DNA of 64,000 nucleotides from positions 1,054,001 through 1,118,000 of the forward strand of contig JBLDXI010000024.1 of assembly GCA_047495785.1 (NCBI GenBank), in the 5' to 3' direction. The stretch is from Lepidodermella squamata. Taxonomy: Eukaryota; Animalia; Gastrotricha. Under the pieces are notes generated by a model. The model worked only from the letters and a program-made list of their open reading frames with translations. It was not told where the DNA came from and did not search any database. Below are positions 22,623-33,852 of the stretch, piece after piece. Numbering within the stretch: position 1 is the first letter of the stretch; the number at the start of each line of letters is the position of its first letter. Both the position numbers and the translations under genes were made by a program.

Positions 22623-24427
22623 CTTTTTATCAGGATGAAAATGCACAATTTGTTTCTTTTTTACTGAATTATTAAACGCGATACTTACCTAATAATTATT
22701 TTTAATAAAGAAATTGAGGTGATACACTATGATTATGTGACCAGCCAGTTACAATCTGTTTAAAGATGAATCGCTTTTATTTTGCCGCAGTTTGGTTTAA
22801 AGGCAATTGGCGATCATTTTCATTTTGATTCCCATGGTCAAATTTTAGCTGGTATTTATTATCGTAAAATCTCGACCGATTTAGCTGCGCCATGTTGCCA
22901 ATAAGCAGTCTCATGGGCAGTGCTGGACTCATCTTTATTGTCTCACGGCGGACGAGCGTGCGGTGTAATTAGATTTTGTCCCCCGGATATTCACTTCGCA
23001 AAAGCTTCATTATATTACCAGGTCTATGATGAGTAAAAATAAGCTATTCACTGATTGCGCATGTCGTTGGCTTGAAATTTCGAAAAAACATCGAATATGA
23101 TGCATGTGTCTGTGTCCATTCATTTGACTATGCCGGAACCGCGGTATGCAAAACACGACATCCGAACGCGCATTCTACTACCACATTTTGCCGCATGACT
23201 CATCCATTGCAAATGCTATTTCAACTAAATCGGCGAAGTACTTGTAAGCTGATTCTTACAAAAATCTTCGAAGTTCACACAAAGCATTAAAATGTAGAAA
23301 AATATCACATTCCGAGCTAATTCATACTTTCGATTTTTTTACGGTTAGTTGTCATGTCTTGATCGCGATTCTCGATGTCTAAAAAACACCTGGTTTGCTT
23401 AATTCAAGTTTAATTCCCTTCTCTCTCCTCCAACTCATTAATTGTCGGGCTTACGACACGGCGGTCTCCTCGTCTCGTTTCCCTCGGTTGCACCTCGGCG
23501 GGAAATGAAAATTAAGTTTGGCGGCTCTTATCGCCGCCAAACAGCTCAATTAGAAAACTAATCACCTTAATTAAAAGTCACAAACAGGAAAACAAATCAA
23601 CCATCATTAATTAAAATTTCACAACTCCAACTCGTAAACTCATAACTGTACTTAATATAGTGAAAAGCTTCTCAATATAGCTTGGAACATTCGCGATTTA
23701 TTAATGTTTGAGAAGTTTCCGGGATAGTTTAATTTTTGTCTAAAATTTGTATTTCTGCACAATTTAACACAGGTAATCAAGTTCGAAAGTAATACTTGTC
23801 AAACAGAATTTTGATACATCCGGCTAATAATTGCCTAGCATATAATTTGAACATGGCGAGTATCTCAGACGCAATTCACTGTTTTTTTCTGCGCGCGTCG
23901 ATCACGTTCAACGTCAAGGCCTATAATATAAATTAGCCGCCAAGTGCGCAAGCGAAGACGTGAAATCGAGTTGATATCGGTCAATTGACGGCGCTGTCGC
24001 CCTCTGGCATACGGCTGTGTCAAAAAGTAGCAAAATATGATCGCTTCTTCTAGAAATAAGCGCAGTTTTGACATATATTGCGCGCGTTTTTTTCCACTTC
24101 ACATGCCCATGCTCCTGGCTTCCCTATAATATTTTCGACTGAACGTCCAATTTGTTGACAATAGGCAACATTTTTTTTCATTTATGTGCGTGGAAATTAT
24201 TTTCCACCCATTCAAACCACTCGGCAAATATTATGCATACTATTATATGCCCACATATCGCGTAATAATCGTGATTGATGTCAGTTTTCGATTCTCATTT
24301 AAGGACGTACCTGGTTGGCAAGTAAATATTTGCTGATTATTGCTTATATCATTCGAATATTAAACGATGAATTAAATTAAAATCAAAACAATTTTTACTA
24401 AACTAGGACGAGAAATTCTTAAGGAAA

Positions 24428-25622
24428 ATGTTAGCATTATTCCTAATAATCATTGCAGCTTTCCAAAGTGAGTTTTCAGCGCTAGTAACTACTCTTCAAT
24501 ATATCGATTTTGATCCTTTCCAGGTGTCCAAAGCCATAATAAGCACTGCACGGAGACCATTTTGGTGGATGCGACTGAAGATGATGCGAAAAGCGGCGTG
24601 GTAACAAATTTCAAGGACGGCTACAACTATTTCAACAATGAGAAATGCGCGTGGCGAATCAAATACCCATCCGGCTATCAATTAGCGTACGATTTCCGCC
24701 TTAATAATTTGCCCTATATGACCTATTTCCTCATCCAGATTCCAGTTGACCTATATAGACCTTGAGCAAAGCACGGATGGGCTGTGTCGTTACGACTGGT
24801 TAGCTATCTATGAAGGGCCTTTGGTTGATGAAACCAAAATTTTGGCCCGAATCTGTTCGGATCAAAACTTGACCCTGGAAGAAAGGACATTCGTAACGAG
24901 ATGGAACACGTCCGAAAACGGCCTGGTGTTCTTCAGGACAGACGGCAGTGGGCAGAGACGCGGATTCGAGCTGAAATGGATGCGGCTCGAGTTCGGCCAA
25001 GATCCCGTTAAAGCAATGGCGGCCTTGAAGACGAAATCTCAAGATTCTAAGCCGCCTGCGGGCAATCAATTTCAAAACACGATGCTAGACGAAGTCTCCA
25101 AATTAGTTGACAGCATGGAATCGCTGAATCAAGAAACAACAACCCGCATGCAATCAGCCCGTCCTATTAATAGCTTACAACCCGCCATCCTCCCGCCCCC
25201 TAAATTATCAACATTTTCTTGCACTTGGACCAATTCCTGCATCGTGTTGCTCATGGCTATTGGTAGTCTCTTTATTTGCGCAATGTTGGCTATTTTCGTC
25301 GGGTATCTGGTTTTCAAGAAAAAGTAAGTCTACCCTTTATACAGGAATCCTGAGTAATACCTTTATCGATTTTTATAGGAAAGCTCAACATCGAGATTCA
25401 ATGCAAAGTGCGAAGGGAGACATTTATTCCGACGCTCATTTGAAAGTTAAGAAAACGTCTGTTAGCGATCGGTCTTCACAATCGTTTGCCGAGGATGGCG
25501 GCATGCTTCTCGGTGGTATCAATGCGTCTGATATTATTGGCAATGGCAAGGGCAATATCATAGCCCATCAGCAATTGATGAACACAAATTCTTTACAAAG
25601 TGGCTACCGATTCAACATATGA
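24428..25622 (+). CDS. CUB-domain single-pass membrane protein (4 exons)
   Basis: MLALFLIIIAAFQ|; HCTE...YFNNEKCAWRIKYP; DLEQSTDGLCRYDWLAIYEGP...RIC...FFRTDGSGQRRGFELKW; TM CIVLLMAIGSLFICAMLAIFVGYLVF-KKK. Confidence 0.88.
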
Positions 25623-25817
25623 AATTATGCTTTCTTATTTTTCGCCCCCTTTTGTTCTGGTGACCAAGTATGTGCTGCAATAGTCAAAAAATAATCGATG
25701 AATAATCAAATATATACAAGTTTTATTTTACCGTAGAAATGTAAGGAAAATAAAAGTCATCACGATATAAGAAAATAGAAAATGTTAGTTTTTAAGGTAG
25801 ATTTTTTAGTTCTGGAT

Positions 25818-27608
25818 TCATATGTATCCAGTAGTCTTTGCTATATCTACTGCCAGGAAACAAGCCCAAATTAGGATACCACTGGTGGCCAGGAACGTCA
25901 CCACGTCCAAAACCCTGCCAAACGAGCATATTCCGATGCATCTCTTCGCCGCTCGATCAGGAAAGGTTACGACATACCAGAAAATGAGCGAGGACTGAAT
26001 GGTGCATGCGAAGCAGAAAATGACCAGAAGGGACGTGAAATCTGCGAGAAATTTCCGCTGAGGAGTCTGCGGTAGGTAGGTAATTATGACCGTCACGAAA
26101 ACAGATACAGACATCACGATGGCTAGGTTGATCGAAATGCGATCCGCCACGTCAGGTGGAATTAGGAATGCGGCGAAGTTCAGCAAAACAAGTAGCAGTG
26201 ACGGCAGCATGATGTTGTTGACGAAGAAGTCAGGTGACCGCTGTAGAACCACCGTAAAATTGACGCACGGCACCACGCCTGTAGCAGTCGGCTCCCATGG
26301 CCAATCGAAAAATGTTACAGATGTCGAATTAGGAACGAAGGACCATTGAGAGGTCGCCAGTGATGACTTGATGATCATTCTGCTCTTCTTTTCATTGATA
26401 TCCATCATCCTTTTCTTTTTCGTGGTGCAGAACTTGAACGACACGGTCTGTCGGTCGAAGGGGAAATCGCGGAGGTCAAAGTCGCATTCTGTCTCGAACA
26501 GGCCATTCCTTGTCCAATGGAAAGACGCCGTTCTTCTTGCCTGATCTTTCTCAGGGGGGTTCATATATGTCCTTATCAGACTCGGAAATGACGACATTGC
26601 AACGTCAGATGTGCTTGAGATGAACCTGATGATAGGTACCCAGTAGTCGGATTCGCTAGTCGTGGAGAGGTCGACTGATCCATCAGCGCTTGCGAAAACG
26701 GGCTTATCCGCCGGGCACAAGTTTGATTCCCACTCAAGGAAAATGGAGCCACGCATGCTAGCAGCTTGATCGACATCACTTACTGAGATGATTTTATCCA
26801 GTGTGAGAATGACGGTGAACTGAAAATTGTTTTGTACAGGTTTCTCTATCGGCGGTCGCTGGGCATACGGCGACAGGGATGGGCACCATGCTATAATCCT
26901 CTCGGGACTAACTATACGCTTTTCGTCGCCCTCGTCATCATCCTCTTCCTCGTCATCTTCCCCCACTTTGCCGTTTTGGGCGGTTTTTGCCTTCTTGGGC
27001 TTATTGGCCACCGTTGTCAATTGCTTGTCTTTTGGTTTGACGGCAATATCATCCGCGGATTCAGGAGTAGTTGTCTTGCCCTTCCCTTTCTTCGCTGGCA
27101 GATCCTCGGAAGCGTCTACAGTGGTCCCCTCTACAATCCCATCAGACGCTGTAGTCTTTCCCTTGCCCTTCTTGGTGGTTAATACCTCATCGGTGACCAC
27201 TGTGGTTTCCTCTAGAATCACGTCAGAAGCCGTGGTCTTCCCCTTACCCTTCTTGGTGGTTATTACCTCTGAGGTGTCTACAGTGGTACCATCTGAAATC
27301 ATATCAGACGCCGTAGTCTTGCCCCTGCCTCCCCTCTTAGTGGTAAATACCTCAGTGGTGCCTACTGTAGTGCTCTCTAAAAGCGACTCTGAAGTCGTAG
27401 TCTTGCTGTTACCTGTCGTGGTAGTAAATTCTTCAGGGGTTACATCCGTGACATTTTCAGCTCCTGAAGCCGTCTGAGGTACCAAAGTAGTCCTTGGTCG
27501 AGCTGTCTTCTTAGCAGCAGCTGTAGTGGTCCCAATCGTGGTTGTTGTTTCGAAGGACGTCTGTAATGAGCTGAGTGAGATCACGGCTAAAGCGACTAGA
27601 ATGTTCAT
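25818..27608 (-). CDS. intronless pentameric ligand-gated ion channel subunit (nAChR/5-HT3-like) with long Thr/Lys-rich N-terminal extension
   Basis: Signal MNILVALAVISLSSLQTS; YWVPII, CDFDLRDFPFDRQTV loop, LQRSPDFFVNNIMLPS (pre-M1/M1), ADRISINLAIVMSVSVF (M2), M3, M4. Confidence 0.9.
   Translation of the reverse strand: MNILVALAVISLSSLQTSFETTTTIGTTTAAAKKTARPRTTLVPQTASGAENVTDVTPEEFTTTTGNSKTTTSESLLESTTVGTTEVFTTKRGGRGKTTASDMISDGTTVDTSEVITTKKGKGKTTASDVILEETTVVTDEVLTTKKGKGKTTASDGIVEGTTVDASEDLPAKKGKGKTTTPESADDIAVKPKDKQLTTVANKPKKAKTAQNGKVGEDDEEEDDDEGDEKRIVSPERIIAWCPSLSPYAQRPPIEKPVQNNFQFTVILTLDKIISVSDVDQAASMRGSIFLEWESNLCPADKPVFASADGSVDLSTTSESDYWVPIIRFISSTSDVAMSSFPSLIRTYMNPPEKDQARRTASFHWTRNGLFETECDFDLRDFPFDRQTVSFKFCTTKKKRMMDINEKKSRMIIKSSLATSQWSFVPNSTSVTFFDWPWEPTATGVVPCVNFTVVLQRSPDFFVNNIMLPSLLLVLLNFAAFLIPPDVADRISINLAIVMSVSVFVTVIITYLPQTPQRKFLADFTSLLVIFCFACTIQSSLIFWYVVTFPDRAAKRCIGICSFGRVLDVVTFLATSGILIWACFLAVDIAKTTGYI
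27060..27430 (-). repeat. coding tandem repeat, about 81-bp / 27-aa unit (TTVxTxEVxTTKKGKGKTTASD) x4-5
   Basis: Repeated TTKRGGRGKTTASD / TTKKGKGKTTASD / TTKKGKGKTTASD / PAKKGKGKTTT in the translation; boundaries approximate. Confidence 0.8.
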
Positions 27609-28094
27609 CCCAAGCTTTATTCGCAACGTCGAAGTCAGTATACTTTAAGTCGGACGAATAATAAGTGTGGCACGGATTTCAATTCTCATCCAAGCGCAAA
27701 GCTCATTGAATGCAAAGCAGGAAATTGAATCTCGCCAACTTTGAAGCTGCCAAAAGCTTCACAAAGATCTGGTAGGGCTTGAGAGCAAATAAACGAGCGC
27801 GAGCGAAAAATTCGATACCAAACGTCAATGCCGCTCGTGACAACATCCATCGACCTTTCATTGTGTACCTTAGGATATTGTAGCTGACGGATTTAGTTTC
27901 TGAACGCGCTCGAATTCATTTGAATGAACAACTGTTCGCAATATTTTTTATTTATCCCAAGGAAAAGTTCAATAGGTAAACAGACATTCACTTATTTGTC
28001 AAAGGTTTCGTCGACGAACGATTTTTATGAAATTCATAATTGAAATGCTCAAAGTTGACTTTTTAGGTATGTATGTTCTCAACAGTGGTTTAGT

Positions 28095-30015
28095 TCACGA
28101 AGCGCTGGCATTCAGTGCCAGCAGTCCAGCCCAGAGGAGAAGGCCACAGGGTAGCGTAAATGTCATTAGATCCGTTGCTCTTAAACCTGATATTCCCAAA
28201 AACCTATGCTCAGCCCATTTCGGGAACGTGTTCCCAAGCCAGAGCATTGCAGCTGACTTAAAGGTGCACGCTAAACAGTGAGCAATCAATAGCGCCGTGA
28301 AATCAGACAAAAAAATGCGTTGCGGAGTTTGCGGGACGTAAGTCACAATCACCGACATGAAAACGCTCATAGCCATAACAATCGCGATATTGATAGCTAT
28401 CCTGTCGACAAAATCGGGGGGAATAAGTAGCGCAGGTTGAGTAGAACCAGCAGAAGCGATGGTAGCATGATATTGAAAATGAAGAAATCAGGTCGTCGAT
28501 TGATTTTCAGTTGGAATAGAATACACGAAACATTGTTATAGGTTGGCGACAATGCCCCTCCATTTTTCAATACCTTCGTCGTTGTGCTAAACTTTACATC
28601 TTCCGGTTTGTAATACTGTTGGGGCCCGAGCCCGATTTCGGCCCGTACGCGCTCCGGCCGGCCCGTACGCAGACGGGTAGCATTGATTTGCCACTCCGCG
28701 CTCCGGCCGGTTTAAAACATGCCCGTATGCGACGTTTACGGTAAATTTAATAAATTCGAGAGAATCACGCTTCACCACACACGGGCCGGCCAAGGTGCCA
28801 GCCCGAGCACGGCGGAGAACAATGGGATCCAGTGCTATTGTTCAGCGCCGTACTCGGGCCGCCGGGCTCGGGCCCCTGGAATCGGGTCGTCGGGCTTGGG
28901 TCGCCGGGCTCGGGTCATCCTACAACCAACGCCCACCCCGACAATTTTACCAAGTCCCGGCCCGAGCCCGGCGGCCCGAGTACGGCGCTGAACTATAGCA
29001 CTGGATCCCATTGTTCTCCGCCGTGCTCGGGCTGGCACCCTGGCCGGCCCGTGTGCGGTGAAGCGTGATTCTCTCGAATTTATTAAATTTACAGTAAACG
29101 TCGCATACGGGCATGTTTTAAACCGGCCCGAGCGCGGAGTGGTAAAGTGCCGTTACCCGACCGCGTACGGGCTGACCCGAACGCGTTCGGGCCGAATTCG
29201 GGCTCGGGCCCCAACAATACCACTGCGAAACATCTGCTGGGTTCGAAACTTCAAACGCTGACTCTTTTTGACCGAAAGCTACGTGATCACTGCCCTTAAT
29301 TCCACAGAATTCGAAGGTTAGCATCTGCTTGTCAAATGGAAAGTTAGCCAGGTCGAGTTGAACGAAATTACTGAAGATGCCAGATTTGTTCCAGTTGAAT
29401 TCAACCCTTCGCCTTGACGATTTACGGTGAATTTCTGCGCCTTTTATGAGCAGACGGGTGACACTGAGAAATCCGTCTTGCATCCCGATATCGGAGCTGC
29501 TCGAGGAGTGCATGACTATAGGCCGCCAGTAGTCGCCCTCTTGAGTGCTATAAACGTTCCTAGTGCTACTATCTTTTAAGCCGAGGAGAGAAGCGTCTCC
29601 ATCGCAGGTATCACTAACCCAGAAAAGATGAAGGTAAGTAAGCGCGAACATTCACGCTTTGATCAACATCGCTGACTCTCAAAATGTAATCGATGCTGAA
29701 AATAGCTGCCACTTGAAGAGCTGTTGAGCTGTGGTCGATTATCGACGCATTCGAAGCGTATGGTGACAACTCAGGACAGCACGCAAGCAATGCATCGGGA
29801 GATGCAGCAACTTTCTTCGTCTCATCGTCGTTGATCGGCATTATTGTTGTCGTGTGAGTTCCAGTATGCTTCTCCGAGGTTTCAGATGAATGAATGTTGT
29901 TCACTGATGTACTAACATGATGACTCAATGTAGAATGGCTAGCAGCTGTTTTAAAACTGCAAAAATTCTCAATGAAAACCAGTGAAATCGCGACTGCCCC
30001 AACTAGATGACGCAT
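28095..30015 (-). pseudogene. disrupted paralog of the adjacent pLGIC
   Basis: Fragments 29614-30015, 29217-29651, 28433-28616 and 28095-28430 align to the paralog (CPELSPY, SDVDQ, YWRP, NFPFDKQ, RRPDFFIFNIMLPS, PQTPQR); frameshifts at about 29634 (+4) and about 28433; 600-bp transposon insertion. Confidence 0.88.
28617..29216. mobile_element. 600-bp palindromic non-autonomous DNA transposon, Ginger-like (TGT...ACA ends, 4-bp TSD)
   Basis: Ends TGTTGGGGCCCGAGCCCGA / TCGGGCTCGGGCCCCAACA; inverted arms about 258 bp (28617-28874 vs 28959-29216); TSD ATAC at 28613-28616 and 29217-29220; removing element plus one TSD restores DVSQWYYKPED. Confidence 0.9.
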
Positions 30016-30588
30016 CTGTAACGATCGACTGAAGATTAAAATTTTCTACATAATTCAAATCCATGGGTTCAGAACTCGCAGAAGATAAATATTTTTTTCG
30101 TTTCGTTTCCGTTATGGATATTGGAAATGAATAATCCAAACCATGAACAAACAGCCAAAGAACGATGTCCACGTCTGAAAGTAGAACGCCTCAGTCATCA
30201 TCATATCGGTATACTCTTTGCTGGTATATTTCGCTCAAGGCATTTCATTTTCCCAGTTTTGTTGTCCAGCGTTTTTCCATTCCATAAAATTTGCAATGTA
30301 TAAAAGCACAAACAAGTGCGAGCACTGATATGGCTTAAGATGAAACGCAAAAACGGTAGCAAAAGTAAAGTTTGCTTTGAAGTGGTCAGCGAGTTCAGTC
30401 ATTGCGAGAAAAAGTACCGAAAAACCACAAGTGCGAACGCGGTTTCATTTTTTTTCGTACCGCATGCAAATTTCTCGCAATTGTCACGTTTGCCACTGGT
30501 CACCATGCAATAATAAATAAAAAAGTGTTTACATTCGCTGACAATGAGACTCACTGATACAGGGGAGCTACGCCCACCAGATCAACAC

Positions 30589-30596
30589 TATATAAG
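30589..30596 (+). promoter_or_regulatory. probable TATA box of 30663 gene
   Basis: TATATAAG about 70 bp upstream of ATG. Confidence 0.5.
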
Positions 30597-30662
30597 GAGC
30601 AGTTTCATCTGTTTGGGATGAGTATTTCTCAAACCACAGCCTGATAATTTTCAAGCCAGATC

Positions 30663-31002
30663 ATGTACAAGTTCTTCGCATTAGCCCTTTTAGGATTAGC
30701 TGCGTTATTCGCTAGTGGTAAGGTTTAATTTCATCGCAAAATTATCTCCACCTTAAATGACCAATTTAGAAGCAAATGCTGCCCCTGAAAACTTGTCACG
30801 CGCCAAGCGGCAACTGTCCTTCGTCAACGCCTTGTACAACAACGGAACCGATCTCGACTGGCTCGATGAATACGCCCGAATCAACGCCCTGAACAGCCTC
30901 GCAAGCCACGAGCACAGCGACGAAAAGTACGACCGCCATTCGTCTCACTACCGCTACCACGGCATGCACTACATGCTTCACCGGCTTTTCCCATGGTGGT
31001 GA
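30663..31002 (+). CDS. secreted prepropeptide 1 (His/Tyr-rich)
   Basis: MYKFFALALLGLAALFAS, phase-1 intron, EANAAPENLSRAKR furin site, mature QLSF...SHEHSDEKYDRHSSHYRYHGMHYMLHRLFPWW. Confidence 0.8.
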
Positions 31003-31086
31003 ACTGCAATGTTAAAACTGACAGTCCAATATATTGAGAAATTCAATTTTTAATAAAAAAGCTGGAAAATCTTTATTAATGCGTGA

Positions 31087-31768
31087 CTAGTCATCGCTGC
31101 TCACCGACCATAGTCGGTTGGTCATAATTCTAGGATACTGAGGCTCGTTGACTTTCTTGAATTTCGAGACTCTCCGCAGAAAATTCGTGAAACGGACGGC
31201 GAAAATCGCTCGTTTGAATCGAAGCCGCGCCCTGCGCCGACGTTCCGCTAACACTTCCCGCCTCCGCTGCTCATCTTGCTCCAGCCTGAGTCTCACATCT
31301 CGTCGGTAGACTATGCCAAACCCATCTTTCACAGCCTTTTGCACGATTGGTAAAAAGTTGCCGATATCATCAGGCGTCCTCAAAGGATTCTGAAATAAAT
31401 CCTATATAAAAATGATGATTAAAAGGAATGAATACTTCTCGAGGCAGATGTCCGGTAGAGAATTTCACATCACGTCCTTTGGTTTTGATAAATCTCGTGT
31501 CGTCTACGTTGTTCAAGCAATATCGGACAGTTCGCCGCGACAGTTTGCCATATCGCTTCTCATTATTTGAATGGCAAACAAATGCTTGTTTCGCATTGTA
31601 CATGGCTTCGATAGTTACCGCTTTCATCCTGGCTGGCAAATCGTGAAAGATTTTGTCATCGGCATAATGATTACAGCTAGAGTTCTTTCGCTGCACCTCA
31701 GGAATCGGGGGTAGGGTGGAAGAGTTACCGTCACCCGGGTCAAAGCCTACGCGACGACTGTAATTCAT
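31087..31768 (-). CDS. uncharacterised basic protein with C-terminal calmodulin-binding-like helix (2 exons)
   Basis: ORFs 31370-31807 and 31087-31383 joined by a short GT-AG intron at about 31391-31435; ARLRFKRAIFAVRFTNFLRR. Confidence 0.6.
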
Positions 31769-32318
31769 TATCAGGAAGGACTCAAAAAAAACGCAGGAGT
31801 TAGGCATTCATTTTTTTATCCCCTGGCGGTCGAATTAATTATTGCACTTACAGCTGCACTTATAATTCAGCAAAAAAATGACCCCATGGGGCCATTAGCC
31901 TATCAAGACACGGCCAAACAAATTTTAGCGTCGTTAATTATTAGTTGAAACGAATTTATTTTCATTTAGCATAAATAAACAGTGGCACATGGACAACGGC
32001 CTGCAAATGACCAGCCGTATAATATGTATAGCATTCGCTGCTGAGCAAGTCGCAGAACTTTCTGGACGCTATTTGCTGCGCAGATTGTGCGCCACTGTGT
32101 GTACTCACCCTATATAATATGATGTGCGCGCGGGGGTCAGTTTTGAATTATGCCTGGACGTCGCAAATATTTGCAAAATCACGCGTCAATTTTAAGCAGG
32201 TGCAGCGCTTCTTAAATGAATACGCTCAACGCCGAGGCGTGACAATAGGCTCGAAAAACGTTGGTATAACACGCATTTCAAACCAAATCTTATCTCTTCA
32301 GTCCAAGAGTTGTGCATA

Positions 32319-32721
32319 ATGGCTGACTTTCTGGCGATTTCTCTCGCCGTTTTCCTCGCTGTGATTTTTCAAGGTAATAATAATGTGAACCATGAATCGA
32401 ATGTGAATTATTTCTTGATTTCTAGTCTCCTCGGCTGTGCCGGTTAAGCTGGACGAAAACGCTGCCTTATCGAGAAATAAACGATCTGTGGTAGTCAACT
32501 ATCCGTACCCGTGGAGAGATTTCATTTTCGGCCCGATTCAATTCCCGAAATTTTACCCGTCCTATTACTACCCGCCGCTGTTTGACTCGCGTGAATACTC
32601 GCACGAACGCATGTTTTGGCCGGAGCACTCACATGGCGATTCGCATTCGGACGAGTTCGAAACGATTGAGGACCCGAAAGGACCGCGCTTCCAGGCTAGT
32701 AAATTGGGCGGAACGAGATGA
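32319..32721 (+). CDS. secreted prepropeptide 2 (Tyr/Pro/His-rich)
   Basis: MADFLAISLAVFLAVIFQ, phase-1 intron, VSSAVPVKLDENAALSRNKR, mature SVVVNYPYPW...YPSYYYPPLFDSREYSHER. Confidence 0.82.
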
Positions 32722-33551
32722 GCGAGATTACTGACTATCCGATAATATATATCATTAGATTTTATGCATAGCCATTATTTCCAGATATTGAGCTTTGACC
32801 AGATATTGACCAGTCTGCTGCTGTTGACAAATCAGCTGTCATGTCTTGAGCGATGAAAGTAGCATATAATAAAGATGACAAGTTTTGCATATCAACTCTT
32901 GTTTTAATTTGTTAGAAAATTAACTCGAAAATAGGAAGACAAAATGGTTAATTTAGGATAAATGGCGACTATAAGTTCACAGCAGTTTTGTGTCTACGGT
33001 CTACGGCATCATCGCATCTTTATTCGAAAAATTCCATAATTTGAGTTTAGCGCCAAGTTTTGAAATTTCGATTAGCCGCTTTCAGTTATTCTAAAAAATA
33101 TTAAAAATTGCAAAGGCTATATGTAAAGATATTTTCATAAAGTCTTCCGATTTATTCTGAAAGGACACTTTCCGCTTGATCTCCTACTGGTTTTTCCTCC
33201 ATCGAAACAGATAGGCGTAGTACTGAAACAAAGTTCGCGTTTTCAGGCGAGACATTTTTTCGAGTGCAGGTTACGGCGATGCGTTTATTTCTCAAACAAG
33301 CGACCCGGCGACCGGGTAAAACATCGCAAAATACACCGCACAGACGGTCTCTAAAACCACTGAAGCGTTTAGTTTACATCTCGGCATGATACTGCAAATA
33401 TTTTACCACTTTAATGTTTGCTTTCGTTTCATGTCCGAGCAGTTCGAGACCTGGTACAACGGAATATATACGGTGGGCAGGCGGCGGTTAGATCATCAGG
33501 CTTTCACTTCTTTTTTCGCATTTATTAAAGAAAGAATCCGCGGATTTCACT

Positions 33552-33852
33552 ATGAACACCAAGCTGTTCGCTATTCTTATGATCGCCATTTTGGGCTTGG
33601 CTCTCTTCAAGGGTAAGTTACCATTGTTTAAGGAAATTTTAAAAAATTTGCTGAAAATTTTCAGAGGCCATGTGTGAAGAGGAGAAGAGCGCTGAGAGTG
33701 CTGAGAAGGACCTGAGCCGAGGCAAGCGTCACGCATGGCCGGCGAACTGGTTGTCGTGGTGGTACCCGTACTACTATTACTACTACCCATCTTACTACTA
33801 CTGGGATCCTTACTACTACTACCCCCACCACCACCATCACCACGGCCGCTAG
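33552..33852 (+). CDS. secreted prepropeptide 3 (Tyr/Trp-rich, His6-Gly-Arg end)
   Basis: MNTKLFAILMIAILGLALFK, phase-1 intron, EAMCEEEKSAESAEKDLSRGKR, mature HAWPANWLSWWYPYYYYYYPSYYYWDPYYYYPHHHHHHGR. Confidence 0.85.

Noticed and set aside
27060-27430. Regularly spaced repeats as a possible CRISPR array
   Set aside because: Eukaryotic locus; the repeats are in-frame, degenerate coding units with no unique spacers or cas genes
28613-29220. Idea that the palindromic element is a self-removing intron (introner): on the coding strand it starts GTATTG/TGTTGG and ends ACAG
   Set aside because: Available GT/AG pairs remove 600, 605 or 608 nt whereas 604 (mod 3) is needed; none restores the frame, and the gene has two other frameshifts
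28587-29261. ORFs inside the palindrome (mirror-image MPARARRR... on both strands)
   Set aside because: Artefacts of a GC-rich inverted repeat; no transposase motifs
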